Below are positions 1 through 11,977 of a DNA stretch of 64,000 nucleotides, one piece after another. This DNA comes from Eutreptiella sp. 'Long Island Sound 2002' (taxonomy: Eukaryota; Protista; Euglenida). The notes beneath the pieces were generated by a model, which was given only the letters and a program-made list of their open reading frames with translations, did not search any database and was not told the DNA's origin. The stretch spans positions 11,656,001 through 11,720,000 of the forward strand of contig OZ038378.1 of assembly GCA_964036045.1 (NCBI GenBank), written 5' to 3'. A program made the translations under genes and the position numbers. Position 1 is the stretch's first letter. Every line of letters begins with the position of its first letter.

Positions 1-1
1 T

Positions 2-532
2 GGCATCTACGCGCACCCTGACATCAGCATCTCTGCATATGTCCCGGTACACTTCCGGCAGACAAACAACACGGCAGAACTCTTGGCCGTGGTTCGGGCA
101 TTGCAAATCCTCTCTTTTGGTAAAGTCGCTATTTGCACAGACAGTGAGTACGTCTTCCTGGGAGCCACTGGCGCGGCGCGCCGGTGGAAACTCAGGGGAT
201 GGACGGGAAGCAGCGGTCCGGTTTCTAACGTTCCTCTCTGGGAACTTCTTCTGGACACCCTCAGTGCACACACAGGCTCCATCAAGTTTATTAAAGTGCC
301 GTCCCATGTGGACATTCTAGGGAACAACGAAGCTGATAGATTGGCTGAACAGGGAAGGCTCTCCCATCCCAGATGCCCTGTACTTAAGACCCCGTCGCGG
401 GACTTCATCATGCCCACGTACACCCCTCCCACCAAGCGACAGCGCAGGACCACTGTCGCCGAGCTGGATTCGATTGTGCAAGTTTTGAATTTTTCCCCTT
501 ACAAACACAGTATGGGAGGCAGTGTGGTATAG
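2..532 (+). CDS. RNase H (type I) domain, 5'-truncated by window edge; probably the C-terminal part of a retrotransposon pol
   Basis: Frame from nt 2 reads ...QTNNTAELLAVVRAL...ICTDSEYV...WKLRGW...NVPLW...KFIKVPSHVDILGNNEADRLA, the canonical RNase HI motifs (QTNNxAEL, TDS, WVxxH, GNExAD). Stop TAG at 530-532. Confidence 0.85.
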   Translation, partial: GIYAHPDISISAYVPVHFRQTNNTAELLAVVRALQILSFGKVAICTDSEYVFLGATGAARRWKLRGWTGSSGPVSNVPLWELLLDTLSAHTGSIKFIKVPSHVDILGNNEADRLAEQGRLSHPRCPVLKTPSRDFIMPTYTPPTKRQRRTTVAELDSIVQVLNFSPYKHSMGGSVV

Positions 533-590
533 TGGTTAACATCGTCGGATGTCGTCACGTAGATCGCCGGTTCGAACCCGGCCTGTAGCA
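518..590 (+). repeat. tRNA-derived (SINE head-like) sequence, not a functional tRNA
   Basis: A box TGGTATAGTGG 525-535, B box GGTTCGAACC 569-578, perfect T-arm GCCGG/CCGGC. Acceptor and anticodon stems do not pair. Confidence 0.65.
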
Positions 591-825
591 GTGCTCCCCC
601 CCACCGGCCTCGCCCGACAGGGGACTGGGGCCCCTCCCGTTTCTATCTATTTTTACACATTGGCCTGGTCTATTTTCTTAATGCGCTGTTTTAGTTACAT
701 ACACCATCATCAACTAGCAAAAATGTGCCCGGCCACCTGCAGCAGTGCGCCCCGCCACCGCCCACGCCCGATGGGAGGCTGCCACCCCACCCGTTGCTTG
801 CCCTTGCCCGAGCCTCCGCGGCTCG

Positions 826-895
826 GGCGGTGGGGTTCGAACCTGGGACCAGCGCCGCTGGAATCCAGGGTGCTTCCACTGAAGCACGGGGCACC
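826..895 (-). repeat. tRNA-derived (SINE head-like) sequence
   Basis: Minus strand has a D-arm TGCTTCAGTGGAAGCA (A-box-like, 871-886) and B box GGTTCGAACC (834-843). It is followed by the hairpin CCCGAGCC-TCCGC-GGCTCGGG (807-827). The T-stem is broken. Confidence 0.6.
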
Positions 896-3800
896 TAACC
901 AAAAATATGATCCCATAAGCACACAGCCACATGGCACACATGCATCTGCAACGCATTCTGATTTCTGAGCCTTAATGTATGTTACTCCCTTCACTCTTTG
1001 AAACTAAACAGCGACAGACGGGGTAAGGCCGAATGAGTGCCATGCTTTGCAGCCCAGTCAGCTCGCATGTGACACAGTGAATGCAGTCCACATTTATGGA
1101 CGACTGCTTATATTGATCCAGGTTGTTCGCTAGAGTCGGCAGCAAAGGACAAGCACACAAGTGACCCACGGAGCTAACCGCAACGCCTCGCTGTATTTTA
1201 CATAGTGGAGCACCCCAACCAAGAAGGGGACACGTGCATTGATTGGATTTCGCAGTACTGCTGGACTAATGGCTGGAATTGTCTATGGCGGGGACATTCA
1301 GTCTATCAGAACCGACCATTGATCCCCCTGTGTGACATTCCCCCTCCTCCTACGAGGAGGGGGGGTACCCTCCCTCCTCCTACGCTGTACGGCCGTTCGA
1401 ATACATCCCTGGTCATGCCTTTCGGCTGCAACCCTCTTCTATTGTTGTATTATTTGGTGTGAGTTGCAACCGTTTGTGACCGTCGTCTCTCGGCGGGTCT
1501 CTGATTTTGTGGTGCGGGGTGACGGGCTATCACACCGCAAGCGAAGGATGGGGCACACGGACTCACAACCATTTCCTGTGTGCCATGCTGCAAGAATATT
1601 TTTCGGGGTGAATTTCCTGCTCCATCCTCCACCACTGAACCCTTACAAAGGCAAAATTGATTTGATGGGGGTCGGTAGCTGCCATGAATCCGTTGCCGCA
1701 TGCTCGATGATGTGTACGTACATTGGACGGGTACCCGATATGTTGCCCGGGCGGTGCCATCCCAGCCCTCTTGCAAGGGCGTCATCGTTGCCTTGCACCA
1801 CTGTGCTTGAGAACAGGAACATCCTTCCGGAAGAATCTGTTACCATTGCCGCCGCACCTCATCAATCTCCTTGTGCCCAGTCTCCCACAGCCTGCGGTGC
1901 CGCAGGAAATTACAACGCACGCTCTCCACCCAATGTGTGACACACCATCTGTTCAAAGTCGGCCTTTCTCCTGCGTCACATCGCATCCAGCCCTAGGGCC
2001 AAGCCTCTTCTCAAGGGAGGGGACCCAAGGGTTTGCGGACAAAAAAAGCAAGATTTTCCCCCTTTTGTAAATTTGATTTTGCCTTGAGGAATTTCGTGTC
2101 GGGCCTGTGGGGAGGCATGGGGGGTGACCCTCCTCCTTCCAATTTTGGACCCTTCCATCGACACCCTCCTCACCACATTTCTGCAGTGTGACCCTCCGCC
2201 ATGGCGGAGCTCTTGGAGGGGGGATACCTTCCTCTTCATCCCCGGTCTGGGTCCTCAGCGGTCAAAACGGCCGCAAGCCGGGCCGCCGCCCTATGCTACC
2301 GCAAAGGGGCGGGGGGGTTACCGTAGTCGCGTGTTGCCCGCGTACCGTGCTGGTGGTGTGTATCGTGTGCACAACATAACACCCCTGACTTTGCCTCGGC
2401 GCCCCAACCCTTGCATAGGTCGAGCCGCGTCTTGTCTGCCCAGCATCCGCGAACATACTTGAGGCTCATGTCTCTATGTACAATGGTTGCGGCTTTCGGC
2501 GCGACGAAGCGACCCCACGGTGGAGCGACGCGGAAGTGTTGAGGCCTTGGGTGCTGGGTGATGACCGTGCGTAAAGGAGGACGGTAGGGCCCAACGCTTG
2601 ACAACACTGATGGAACGATGGCTTGGACCCAAGAAGATCTACAAAGCGATGAAAATAGAATGTTGAACCCGACCATGCCGAACCAAACGCCTTTTCGGGA
2701 AATGTGCACAGACAAAGTTTTGCAATAGAACTCTCTCACCCGGGTGTCCAAGCTACTCCGCACTCAGGCGACGGGCTACGAATATTGTCCAGTGGCTGAG
2801 ACTCGGTTGAAACTTTGTCGCGGCCCAAAAATGCCCGGGCTGGGCGCTGCATACATTGAGCCTGTACGTCTGTCGCTTGCTGACTTTGGTTGCTTCATCG
2901 ACCACTGCAGTACTTGGAATGCGTGAAGTCACACCGGAAACACCCGACAAACGTTGCCCAGTGACACGCATCCACACAAAAGCACACCATCACTCCGAAA
3001 ATACACACTTTGCCCAATCCCATCACTCCTTGATCTGCACTATACCCTGGCGGATTGTATGTACCCTTTCCTTGGTATAGTGAAACTTTGCAAATTGCTT
3101 CCGAAAAATCCAAAACAAAAAGCGTCAATTTGACAAGCCTTACCGTGAAACAAGTCCATCTTGAGGAACGATGTTTGAATGTTCGCGGCAACATTTATCG
3201 TGTTATAGGTGTTTCTGGCAGCGAAAAAGGAACACAATACAAAAGGAATACAATACAACACAAACGACCCGATTGTTATTGAAAACTAGTTGCTAAATTT
3301 CTTGCACGTTGGGGGTTTCTGATTGAAAGGGCAAACCGAATACGTTCGTTTGCTCACGAAGGAGAACACAAAGAGCCATCGTTGATCCAGTGGTCCCAAG
3401 GTTTGCACGCGGTCGTAGCTTTGTCCTGAATGCGTTCCCAAGCACAATTTCGCAACTTTACAGATCCTCGGTCATCTTTCTCTTAATCTTATCAAGATTG
3501 ACTGAACATGCATACCCCAACACCATCACGATGGCAAGAGCCGCAACCACACAAGAAGCGACGGCGAAGCGTTGAACACGTCCCCTTCCCTCAATTGGGT
3601 TGACCGCAGCCTCGCATGTGCGGTAATGTGATTGCGTAACCCTGAGACTGGCTACTGGGTCCATGTTGTTCAAAAAGCCTACAAAACTCTGCAAATTAGG
3701 GCACAGATTTGTGACCCTCGGGAGGCCGTCTCACAACAACATGGCACAACAATCATGTGCTATGTTCTTCTCAACACAGTTACGAAGCTTTGATAGTCGA

Positions 3801-6800
3801 CACTGGTTGCGCAATGCAAATGATGCAAGTTTTTCTGTGGCTGCAATTGTAGCATCCTCTGATACTTGCACCTTGACTCAAGCAACTCGATTCAAACATT
3901 CGCATTCGTGAGCAAAATTGTTGGTAATACGACGGACGGAGTTGTTGGTAACACCAGCAACCGGTATCCCTCGATTTCCTTTTTTTTCCAAGTGCACGCT
4001 CATGCTTGGTATATGTTCCCAAGCCCTTCAAGTTGCATCTAGCAAGCGGGGGCAAGAGTTATCACCAATCTCACCAAATTGTGGTACTGTGTTACCAAGA
4101 CCCCGAGAAATCAAGAAATCCAACGAGGAACACGGGCCATCACAACCCTTGCGGATCCATCAACACCTTCCCATGGGTTTCCTTGGTTTGGTGGAAGGCG
4201 CTGTGGACAGAAACAAGGTCGACAGCTGCGGCCCTCTTTTCTTGTCTTCTCACAGACGATGGGCTCACAGTCATGTAAAGTTACACTTTGCACCCCAAAA
4301 AAGGGCCATCCCAAAAATGACAGTACGCGGTGTCGTTCGTTGTGCCTCAGACAAGCCCATGGTTGCGGAAGGGGGAGTAGTGGCCCGGGGGCGGGGGGGG
4401 GCTGATGGCGAAAAAAGGCTGTTTTCAGCAAAGGCGCATCTCCCCACTGAGCCGCCACTGGTGAGCGAACCGTCCTAACCTCAACCCTCGGACTGGTTTG
4501 CAGGCCCAAAATACTGTAGTACCAAAAATAACACCGGACCAGAAGCCAAATTACATCAATCACAACAGCTTGTAACGCATTTCCTCCCAAAATCCGCTAT
4601 ATTTCGAGCCCAATTCTGCAAATAAGCGCTTCCGCACATGGGATAAATCGCGATATGAATGTCGCATATGTGGCGGGCAATTGTCGACCGTTGACGCCGT
4701 TGTGGAAGGGTATGTGGAAGTGTTACATCGCATTTGCGCAACCCCTGAAAGTAACATAAAGAATTTAGATGTTTCTCAAAATTTTCCGCAGTTTCATTGG
4801 TGTGTTTATGTCTTAGCCTCTGAATGCCCCACGCCTTCCGATACAATTTGATACTCTCGAGAAGGGATGACACTTGGAATGCGTTGAACTTGATGCCCCC
4901 TAAAGGGCTTTTTCCTCCGAAGAAAGAAACTTTAGTTTTCTTAACGCATTCAAGCACGACTTGAGCCGCCAAATTGTTCGACCCTAGACAACCTTGGAGC
5001 AACATGTCCAAGAAGTATGCTAGTAGTTCCAAATTGTATCGAGAAATCCATGGATTTATTTCATTATCATCCATCACGTCTTTTTCGAATGTCCCATATC
5101 ATTCATTTTCACGGTCGGTGGCAAGTGGGCCACGGTTCCAAATTTTTCAACTCTTTACGATTGGGTGCTAGTGATCACATGAAGCACAAAAAAATACTCA
5201 CGTACAAAGTGTACGTCGTGCTCATGGGTGACAAAGTCTGTGAACAGCTTTAGATGTCACTCGCACACATGTTTGCATGAATAATTATGACTATATGGAG
5301 CTAATACGGCGTTTAGGCACAACACAAATGCATTTGAGGTTGAACCACCAAAACTAATGGCGTGTATTGTGCATCCACAGCGAGACTCAGATAACACTAA
5401 TGCACAAGAAACAAATTCTGAAAGTCAAAGAACTATCCTAGCACACATGAACACATGACACATGAAAAAAACGTGACAAATTGATGATTTTTTTGCCTAG
5501 CACACACCATGTAAACGCACAAACACCAGAAGCAAGTAGCCATGTTACTGTAACGGTTAAATCAACCCCCCGAAAAATGGAAAACCCTTCGTTTGCGCGC
5601 ACCTCGCGTAGTTCCTCGTAGTTACGATGAGCGTGGTCTAGTCACTATTTTGACCCCCCCCCTCTCCGCAATATATGAGCAACGCCATGCAGGCAGCGCC
5701 ATGCAGGCGGAGGCGGTGCTACCAAAGAGCGACGCGCTCATTGTGTGTGAAGAGGACGATTGGAATGGTGTCCACCCGATGGGCAAGATCGTAGTCACGA
5801 AGGTGGTTTCGAACCCGGGGATCAACTCAACCGTGCGTGGTTGAACTCCATCTGCACACCGCAAACCATGGTTCGCTCACGCACCACGTAGCTCTTCAGA
5901 TGGCAAAGTACATAAACTGCCATGAAACTCGTGTTTTGAGCTTGCTCAAAACGCTAGTTACCTCTTCATTCGACATTTTGCTGAGAATTGCTTCAAGCAG
6001 AGGGTTGCGCCCCAAATCCTAAGCCCATAGCAAGGAGGAGGCAAAAAGTCTCCCGTGCGGGGAATCTACCCCCGGCCGCCCGAGTTTTGCGCCCGGAAAT
6101 CCCAACCTCTTGCTAGAATACCATGTAGCCCATGCCCGACATGGCTGTAACTCTGCACAATCGGGGCAATTATTGGTGCAAAACGATGAGCACTTATTGG
6201 AGGAATGGGAAGGGACCACTGGCGTTGATTGGTTTTGTTTGGTGGACCTGCTTCATCCGCTACAACCTCACTCTAGTGCTCTGAGGGACTGAGGGTAGTT
6301 GACAGCATTCAGGGGTGCCCCGACACACCCGAGTGAAGATAGCACCCCTGCACGTGGGTCTGGAACTCTCCACAACCCTCCACAACCATCAACACCCCTG
6401 TGCAGTACTTATGCACTTACTGTCCCCAAGTGTTGTGAGTGCGCATTTGAGTTGAATGTCGGTTATGCTCTTGCCGATTGCAAGTTGGTGCTTTGATTTT
6501 GGTCATCGGTACGGCTGAACGAGTGCCAGTCGATCGCCTCCTGGAGCGTTGCTTGCGGTGTAGCTAGTACTCTGAGGCACGTCAAGTCGCCAGAGGGCCC
6601 CACCTGGGCGCTCTCTTAAGTACTCCACCCCACTGGGAACCGGGAGCTCGTAGAGAGTGGTGCACAATGGTCTCCCATCATCAAAAAGCAGAGCAACAAG
6701 GCACCGAGCAAAACACCAACCACCATCGCATAATAGCGAGGTACCTCTCTTGTGCAAGACAAAATATTTTTCTCGAGTTTACGACCTCCATCATCTTGTC

Positions 6801-8729
6801 ACTTTTAGGTATCTCCAAGTACAGTGTATCTGCGAAGAACAATCCGTGATGGTTGGGTACACGCCGCGTACGCGCTAATGGCCGTGGTACCTTGTTTCAG
6901 GCTTTCCAAAAGTTTCATGTTGAAAATGAACACCTCCACACTCCCTTTTCTCGTTCATTCCGCACACAATGTGTGTGGCGTCTCAATATGACAATCAAAT
7001 GCATACTCCAGCCCCCTCCCCATAAAAAATGGACCCAACAACAAAAGGCACTTTAAGTTTAACTTTCCCTCACCAAAACGATAAGAGACCCACTTCGGAA
7101 AAGTTCACTTTAAGAGCCACTTTGGCAGTGTTTTCGGGCACATGAGCAAACAAAATTGAACCCGAACAACCCAAAGCCCACGCCCTAAAATGACCAAACA
7201 ACGGCAACCAGGTGCTACAATACCGAACGCTGATGGTATTGCCCCATACAATTCCGAGAAATGGACCATCCGTCCGCGAGGGAAATAACCGGCGTTTGAA
7301 AAACAGCATGATTGACTATTTCATCCATGCATGAGATAATGCAGTGATGTCATGATGTCACCAAATGATGATGCCATCACCAACGAAGGAAGGTTTTATG
7401 GTAAAAAGTGAAAATCAATAAAAGTGGGCTCATTGCGTGCGGCTTGTTTTAGTGGGTTTGAAGACATATCACAACATTTTCAACGATTGAAATATAAGAG
7501 ACCTGGTACACTTTCAGAGACCCGTTGCTTTGGCTCCAGGTGAAAAAATTCGGAGACCCGGGTCTACTATCAAGGGGGGGGGGGGTGCACACTCAGCATA
7601 CCACGTACGCATGTACCAATCCGGTAGCCAAGTGAAAAAGGGTAACACCTGCACCTTATTTCGGCATTTGCCCCCCCCCCCCAAGTCTGGATGAAATAAA
7701 CCAAGGTTCCACCAAAAGCAAAAAAAATCGAAAAAAAAATCAGTTTAGCAAAAGGAGGGCGGGGGGGGCTCTTGGTATGCACACACGCTAACCCACGGTT
7801 TTTTGTTAGGAGGCGCATATGCATCAAGGAAGAGGCGCCAATGCACATACGGGTGAGGGGGGGGGGGGGATCGGGGCAACAAAATGGAAAATTATCTTGT
7901 CGCCCAATGTTTGGGGCGCAAATCATGATTCATTTGGAATTTTTTGATTTAGAGACAACAAAAATGTTCGGGCCATTCGGGCATACGCGCCTCTTTCTCA
8001 ATGCACGTGCCAGCCAACCGGTCTACAGAGAGGGTGCAAATCACCCAATGGGCGCAAGTCACCCAATTGGGCACGTCGCTGTCCTTTCCATCAACACCCT
8101 AGTCGGGGATTCTGCCTCTTGCATGCTGACAAGCACTCGGTGCTAATGCATCCAACTGGTGTTTATAGAATATGCATGCAGTCAACTTACACGAGCAATC
8201 AAGACCATGAAGCTCTGTTGCTCGTTTGTTGTGATGGTTGACCAATGTGGTCAAACGGAGGACAGTAATACCTATCCGGGATTCCGCTCACACGGACCTA
8301 TTGATATCTACCATCCTCGGGCTTTTCATTTGGGTATGGCCCGACGCTTGACGTTGGCCTCATCTTCACCCAAAAGAAAGACAATGAATTTAAACAACTT
8401 TTGTCCCCTTGCATTTGCATTTGTGCATCACATGACATTTGTTGTGGACATGGGATTCGGCCTCTTTTGCATGATAGAGGATCGGATCTTGCTAGTTCTG
8501 TGTTGGAGCATGTGCCATGCCATCTCCGTACCGACACCACACAACACCCACCCACGACACAAGAAGGTGCAAGAGGGAGCCGGGCCGTATGTTAACACCA
8601 ATAACGAAGTTGGGGAGGGAATTATATGGAGTTGAATCAGGCAAAATGCATTGAGGGTGCAAAGAGTGCACGCATGTTGACGTTCACTACAAGGCAAACA
8701 TCTGCTTTGTAGACGTATTTTTAGAATGA

Positions 8730-10958
8730 ATGGCTCAGCGGACGGCAACGCATGCCGAGATCGACGGTGCATACTTACACTACCATACCAAAGTCACTGT
8801 GTTGGCGGTGGGCGTCGAGGCTTACCTTTGCTCACGAGGTGCGGGCAACCCCTCTAGCGTTATCCAAGCGGAGGAGGCAACAAGCGATGCATTGCCACGG
8901 AATTTTGAGAGGTGCGTGTGGTCGATACTTCCCGTAGAGGGGTTGGCGCCAAACGAGAAGAGGTATGCAAAGTATGGAGACGTTGTTGTGCTGCAGCATG
9001 CCAAAACCAGCCGCCACGTTACAGTCTGCACATCCGTGCCCTCCGATGATGCACCCAATTGCTTTTCGGTTGATTTTGTGGCTGGGCAGCATTTGAGTCA
9101 TCCTGACAGATGCTTCAAGATACTCCCCAAATACAAGATTCGTCAAGAAGGGGAGTACATTCGTCTGAAGGACCAAGTGCTGTTTTGTTGCGAATCTTCG
9201 GGGCGCCGATACCTGAGCATTAATAAGGAGGAGTCCAAGACGAGCGCTGAAGAGCCCAGCCCCAACATCCACCAACCGCATGAAGTGCATTGCGCTCCCC
9301 ACCCGTTTGCGTGGCGTTTGCGCATTTACGACGACCCCACCATCGACCCGTCCCCCATTCGCGCTGGAAATTGTGTACTCTTGTACCACAAGGAGACGGA
9401 CGGTTTTCTCACAGCAGAATTAGCGCCTACAGCAGAAGTATACATGACGCCCGTTGAGCCCATGGAGGAGGTGAGTTCCGAGAGTGGAACTTCGTCGTCA
9501 TCTGCCAACGATGTGGAAGTGCTGGACGTCCCGGAGTTCGGCACTGTGTATCAGTCGATTACTGCGCCCAGCCGTGCGCGTACTGAGCCCACCCGTGCGC
9601 ACACTCCGTCACCGCAGTCGCTTTGGGACGTGAACGAGGCGCTACGGGAGGGCGAGTTGGACCTGGGGGGCGCGCGTGCGTCATTTCGAGCCAATTTCGC
9701 CGGCTTCCGGTTCGGGCGCACGCCGTCGTTCCCTCACGCCACGAGCCTCGACGTGGCGCGCCTCGCGGCGTTTGGGCGTCAAACCTCCGGCCCCGAGCTT
9801 GACGAGGAGACATTTGAGCAGCTCCGACGGGGCAGTGGTGCCGCGGGGACGCTCATGGCGTCGCAAGCCATGGCCGCAATTGCGCACCAGCCACATTTTT
9901 TGGGTGTTCCACCGAGCCCACAGGCACCGCCGCCGCAAGTGGGCCCCGCCGGAAGGTGGCGTCGCAAGCGCTCCGTCTCGCTGCCGCTGGCCCTGGCGGA
10001 CGCCAAGTTCAAGGCCAGCATCGACTTCCCGGCCGCGCTGGTGAACCCGACGCCATCCATCGGAGTGACGCCGGCCAGCCCCAGCCGGTTGCCCCTCGCA
10101 GTCGACCTGGACTTCCTTGAGGATGCGGAGGTGGATTTGGAGCTCCCGCGGGAGGACTCCAACTTTTTGGTAGAGACCATGCAAGAGTATGCCTCCGAGT
10201 TCCACACCCCGAAAACCGCCGGGACCCACGGGTCGAACGAGGTGTTCATGCTGCGGGCCACGGAGGACAGCGCGCGCGCGAACTCCATGTGGATCCTGGA
10301 GAACGCCAAGGCCAACTACGGCGGCAGCCCCCAGTTCGGCGTGGCCCACCGCCTGCGCCACGTCGCCAGCAGCTCGTACCTGACCGTCCTGCGCCACCCC
10401 GTGTTCGCCCACACGCTGCAGCTGGCGATTTCCTCCGACCCGGAGTGCCCCTCGGACAAGAACTCCCTGTTCATACTGTACCCTCTGGACGCCGATACCC
10501 ACGCCCTCACCTCCACGACGCCCGTGCAGCTGCAGCACCAGGCCTCCGGACTGTACGTCAAGCGTCCCGCGAACCTCCTCCACGTCCCGGACGCCCGGCG
10601 GCCCTCCCTCTTGGACTGCCCCATGCAGCTGCCCCTGGAGCTCTCCTACTTCACCGACGACGACGATGTGTTCACAATCCACGTCCCGAGCGCCAGCAAC
10701 ATGGAGGACGTGCACTTCGTCCTGGACAACATGGAGGCCCTCACGGCGTTCGTGGAGGTGTACCGCGGTGGGGCGGGCTCCGACGGCCACATCGCGACCG
10801 CCCAGGCGGGCCTCGAGCGCCTGATCCTCTTCTGCACCTCGAGCGAGGACCCGGACCCCCTGACCCGCCGTGGGGTGCCCATCGTGCCGCACCAACTGCT
10901 GCTCCTGGACACGCACGTGCACGTGCTGGTCATCCAGCTGCTCTCCGCGCCGTTCAAG
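8730..10958 (+). CDS. ITPR: IP3 receptor-family Ca2+-release channel, exon 1 (suppressor domain, MIR/beta-trefoil, start of RIH)
   Basis: RNFERCVW, KYGDVVVLQH, FKILPKYKIRQEGEYI, RLRHVASSSYL and LLSAPF match IP3R N-terminal motifs. Donor AAG|GTGTTG, phase 0. Confidence 0.9.
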
Positions 10959-11220
10959 GTGTTGGACTTGTGGTAGGCTCACGGGGTTTTCAGTGATGGT
11001 GCGGAAGACGTTCTGGGGCCGGGTCCGTCTCGGTACGATGAGTGGAGGGGGGTCTGAGAGGGCCTCTCAGCCCACAATAGTGGCCAACAGTGTACTCTTC
11101 GAGGTCGAACCCCTAAAGCATTCCCTGGTATACTCACAATGTGAACACATGATGCACATGTCTTTTCAATTCTCAGCCTGAGCTGGGATTCCTTGCCTTT
11201 TCCCCATGCGGGGGGGGGGG

Positions 11221-11483
11221 AACGACCCCCGCAACAACCAGCACAACCCCAATACGCCAACTACTGGGCGCCGCTGACGCGCACACGGCACATCCTGCCA
11301 CATCCAGCACAGCCCCGGCACACCAACTACTGGGCCGCGAACGCGGAAACGACACCAGCAGGAGCAACGGCCGCAGCGGCCCACAGAAAGCAGCGACCCG
11401 ACGCAACATGCGAAGGGAAGAACGTGTGACTGTCCAGGGCCCCGTAAAGAAACAACAACCAGACGGAATGTCACACAGGGGGG
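11221..11483 (+). mobile_element. SINE-like dispersed repeat copy in IP3R intron 1
   Basis: Closely matches the reverse complement of 61407-61670 (by eye). Contains the internal duplication CAACTACTGGGC and ends GGAATGTCACACAGGGGG. Confidence 0.8.
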
Positions 11484-11977
11484 TTGGTTGGCGCAGGGGT
11501 TGGTTTGGCGCGCCCGGGGTCAGTTTGCGTCAACATTTAGGACTCCGCGGCATTGAAATTTTCGTCGTTGGCGTGTGGTGAGCGATCCTTTCCCCTAAGC
11601 AGGTCGTGAGAGAGATGGGGCACCCCGACATTTTCTGCCGGTTGCGTTTAACGACCCTTTTTTGTAAACGTTGCCCTCTGGCCGGCGGTTCGTTTGTGAT
11701 TTTGGGTCAATCATCGTCGGTGGCGTGTCCAGCGCCGTTTGGTCCACCACCAACCGTCGAACAGCCGTTGGTGAAGTTTGCCTCAGTACTTTGCAATCGG
11801 TGCCTTAAGGTTCCATGGCACACAGGAGCGAGGAAGACCCAGTTGGGTGGTTCTGGAGGTTTGGGGTGTTGCACCTGCTGTGAATTCGGGCCAGGCAATG
11901 TGGGGTGGGGAATGTCGCCCAATCCCTATGGATTGCGAATGAGTTTTCAGGCCAATTACCCGTATTGCAACTGTCAG

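Noticed and set aside
518-895. Functional tRNA genes (also 15149-15385 and a weak B box near 5812-5821)
   Set aside because: A/B boxes are present, but acceptor and anticodon stems cannot be completed.
2500-5250. Possible decayed DNA transposase (protein-like minus frames, e.g. 4556-5077)
   Set aside because: No diagnostic motif could be identified with confidence; needs a frameshift-aware HMM search.
9681-10982. 433-aa minus-strand ORF (also 13827-14942, 16047-17027, 24562-26151 and 47409-48161)
   Set aside because: Antisense shadows of GC3-rich real exons; no recognisable motifs.
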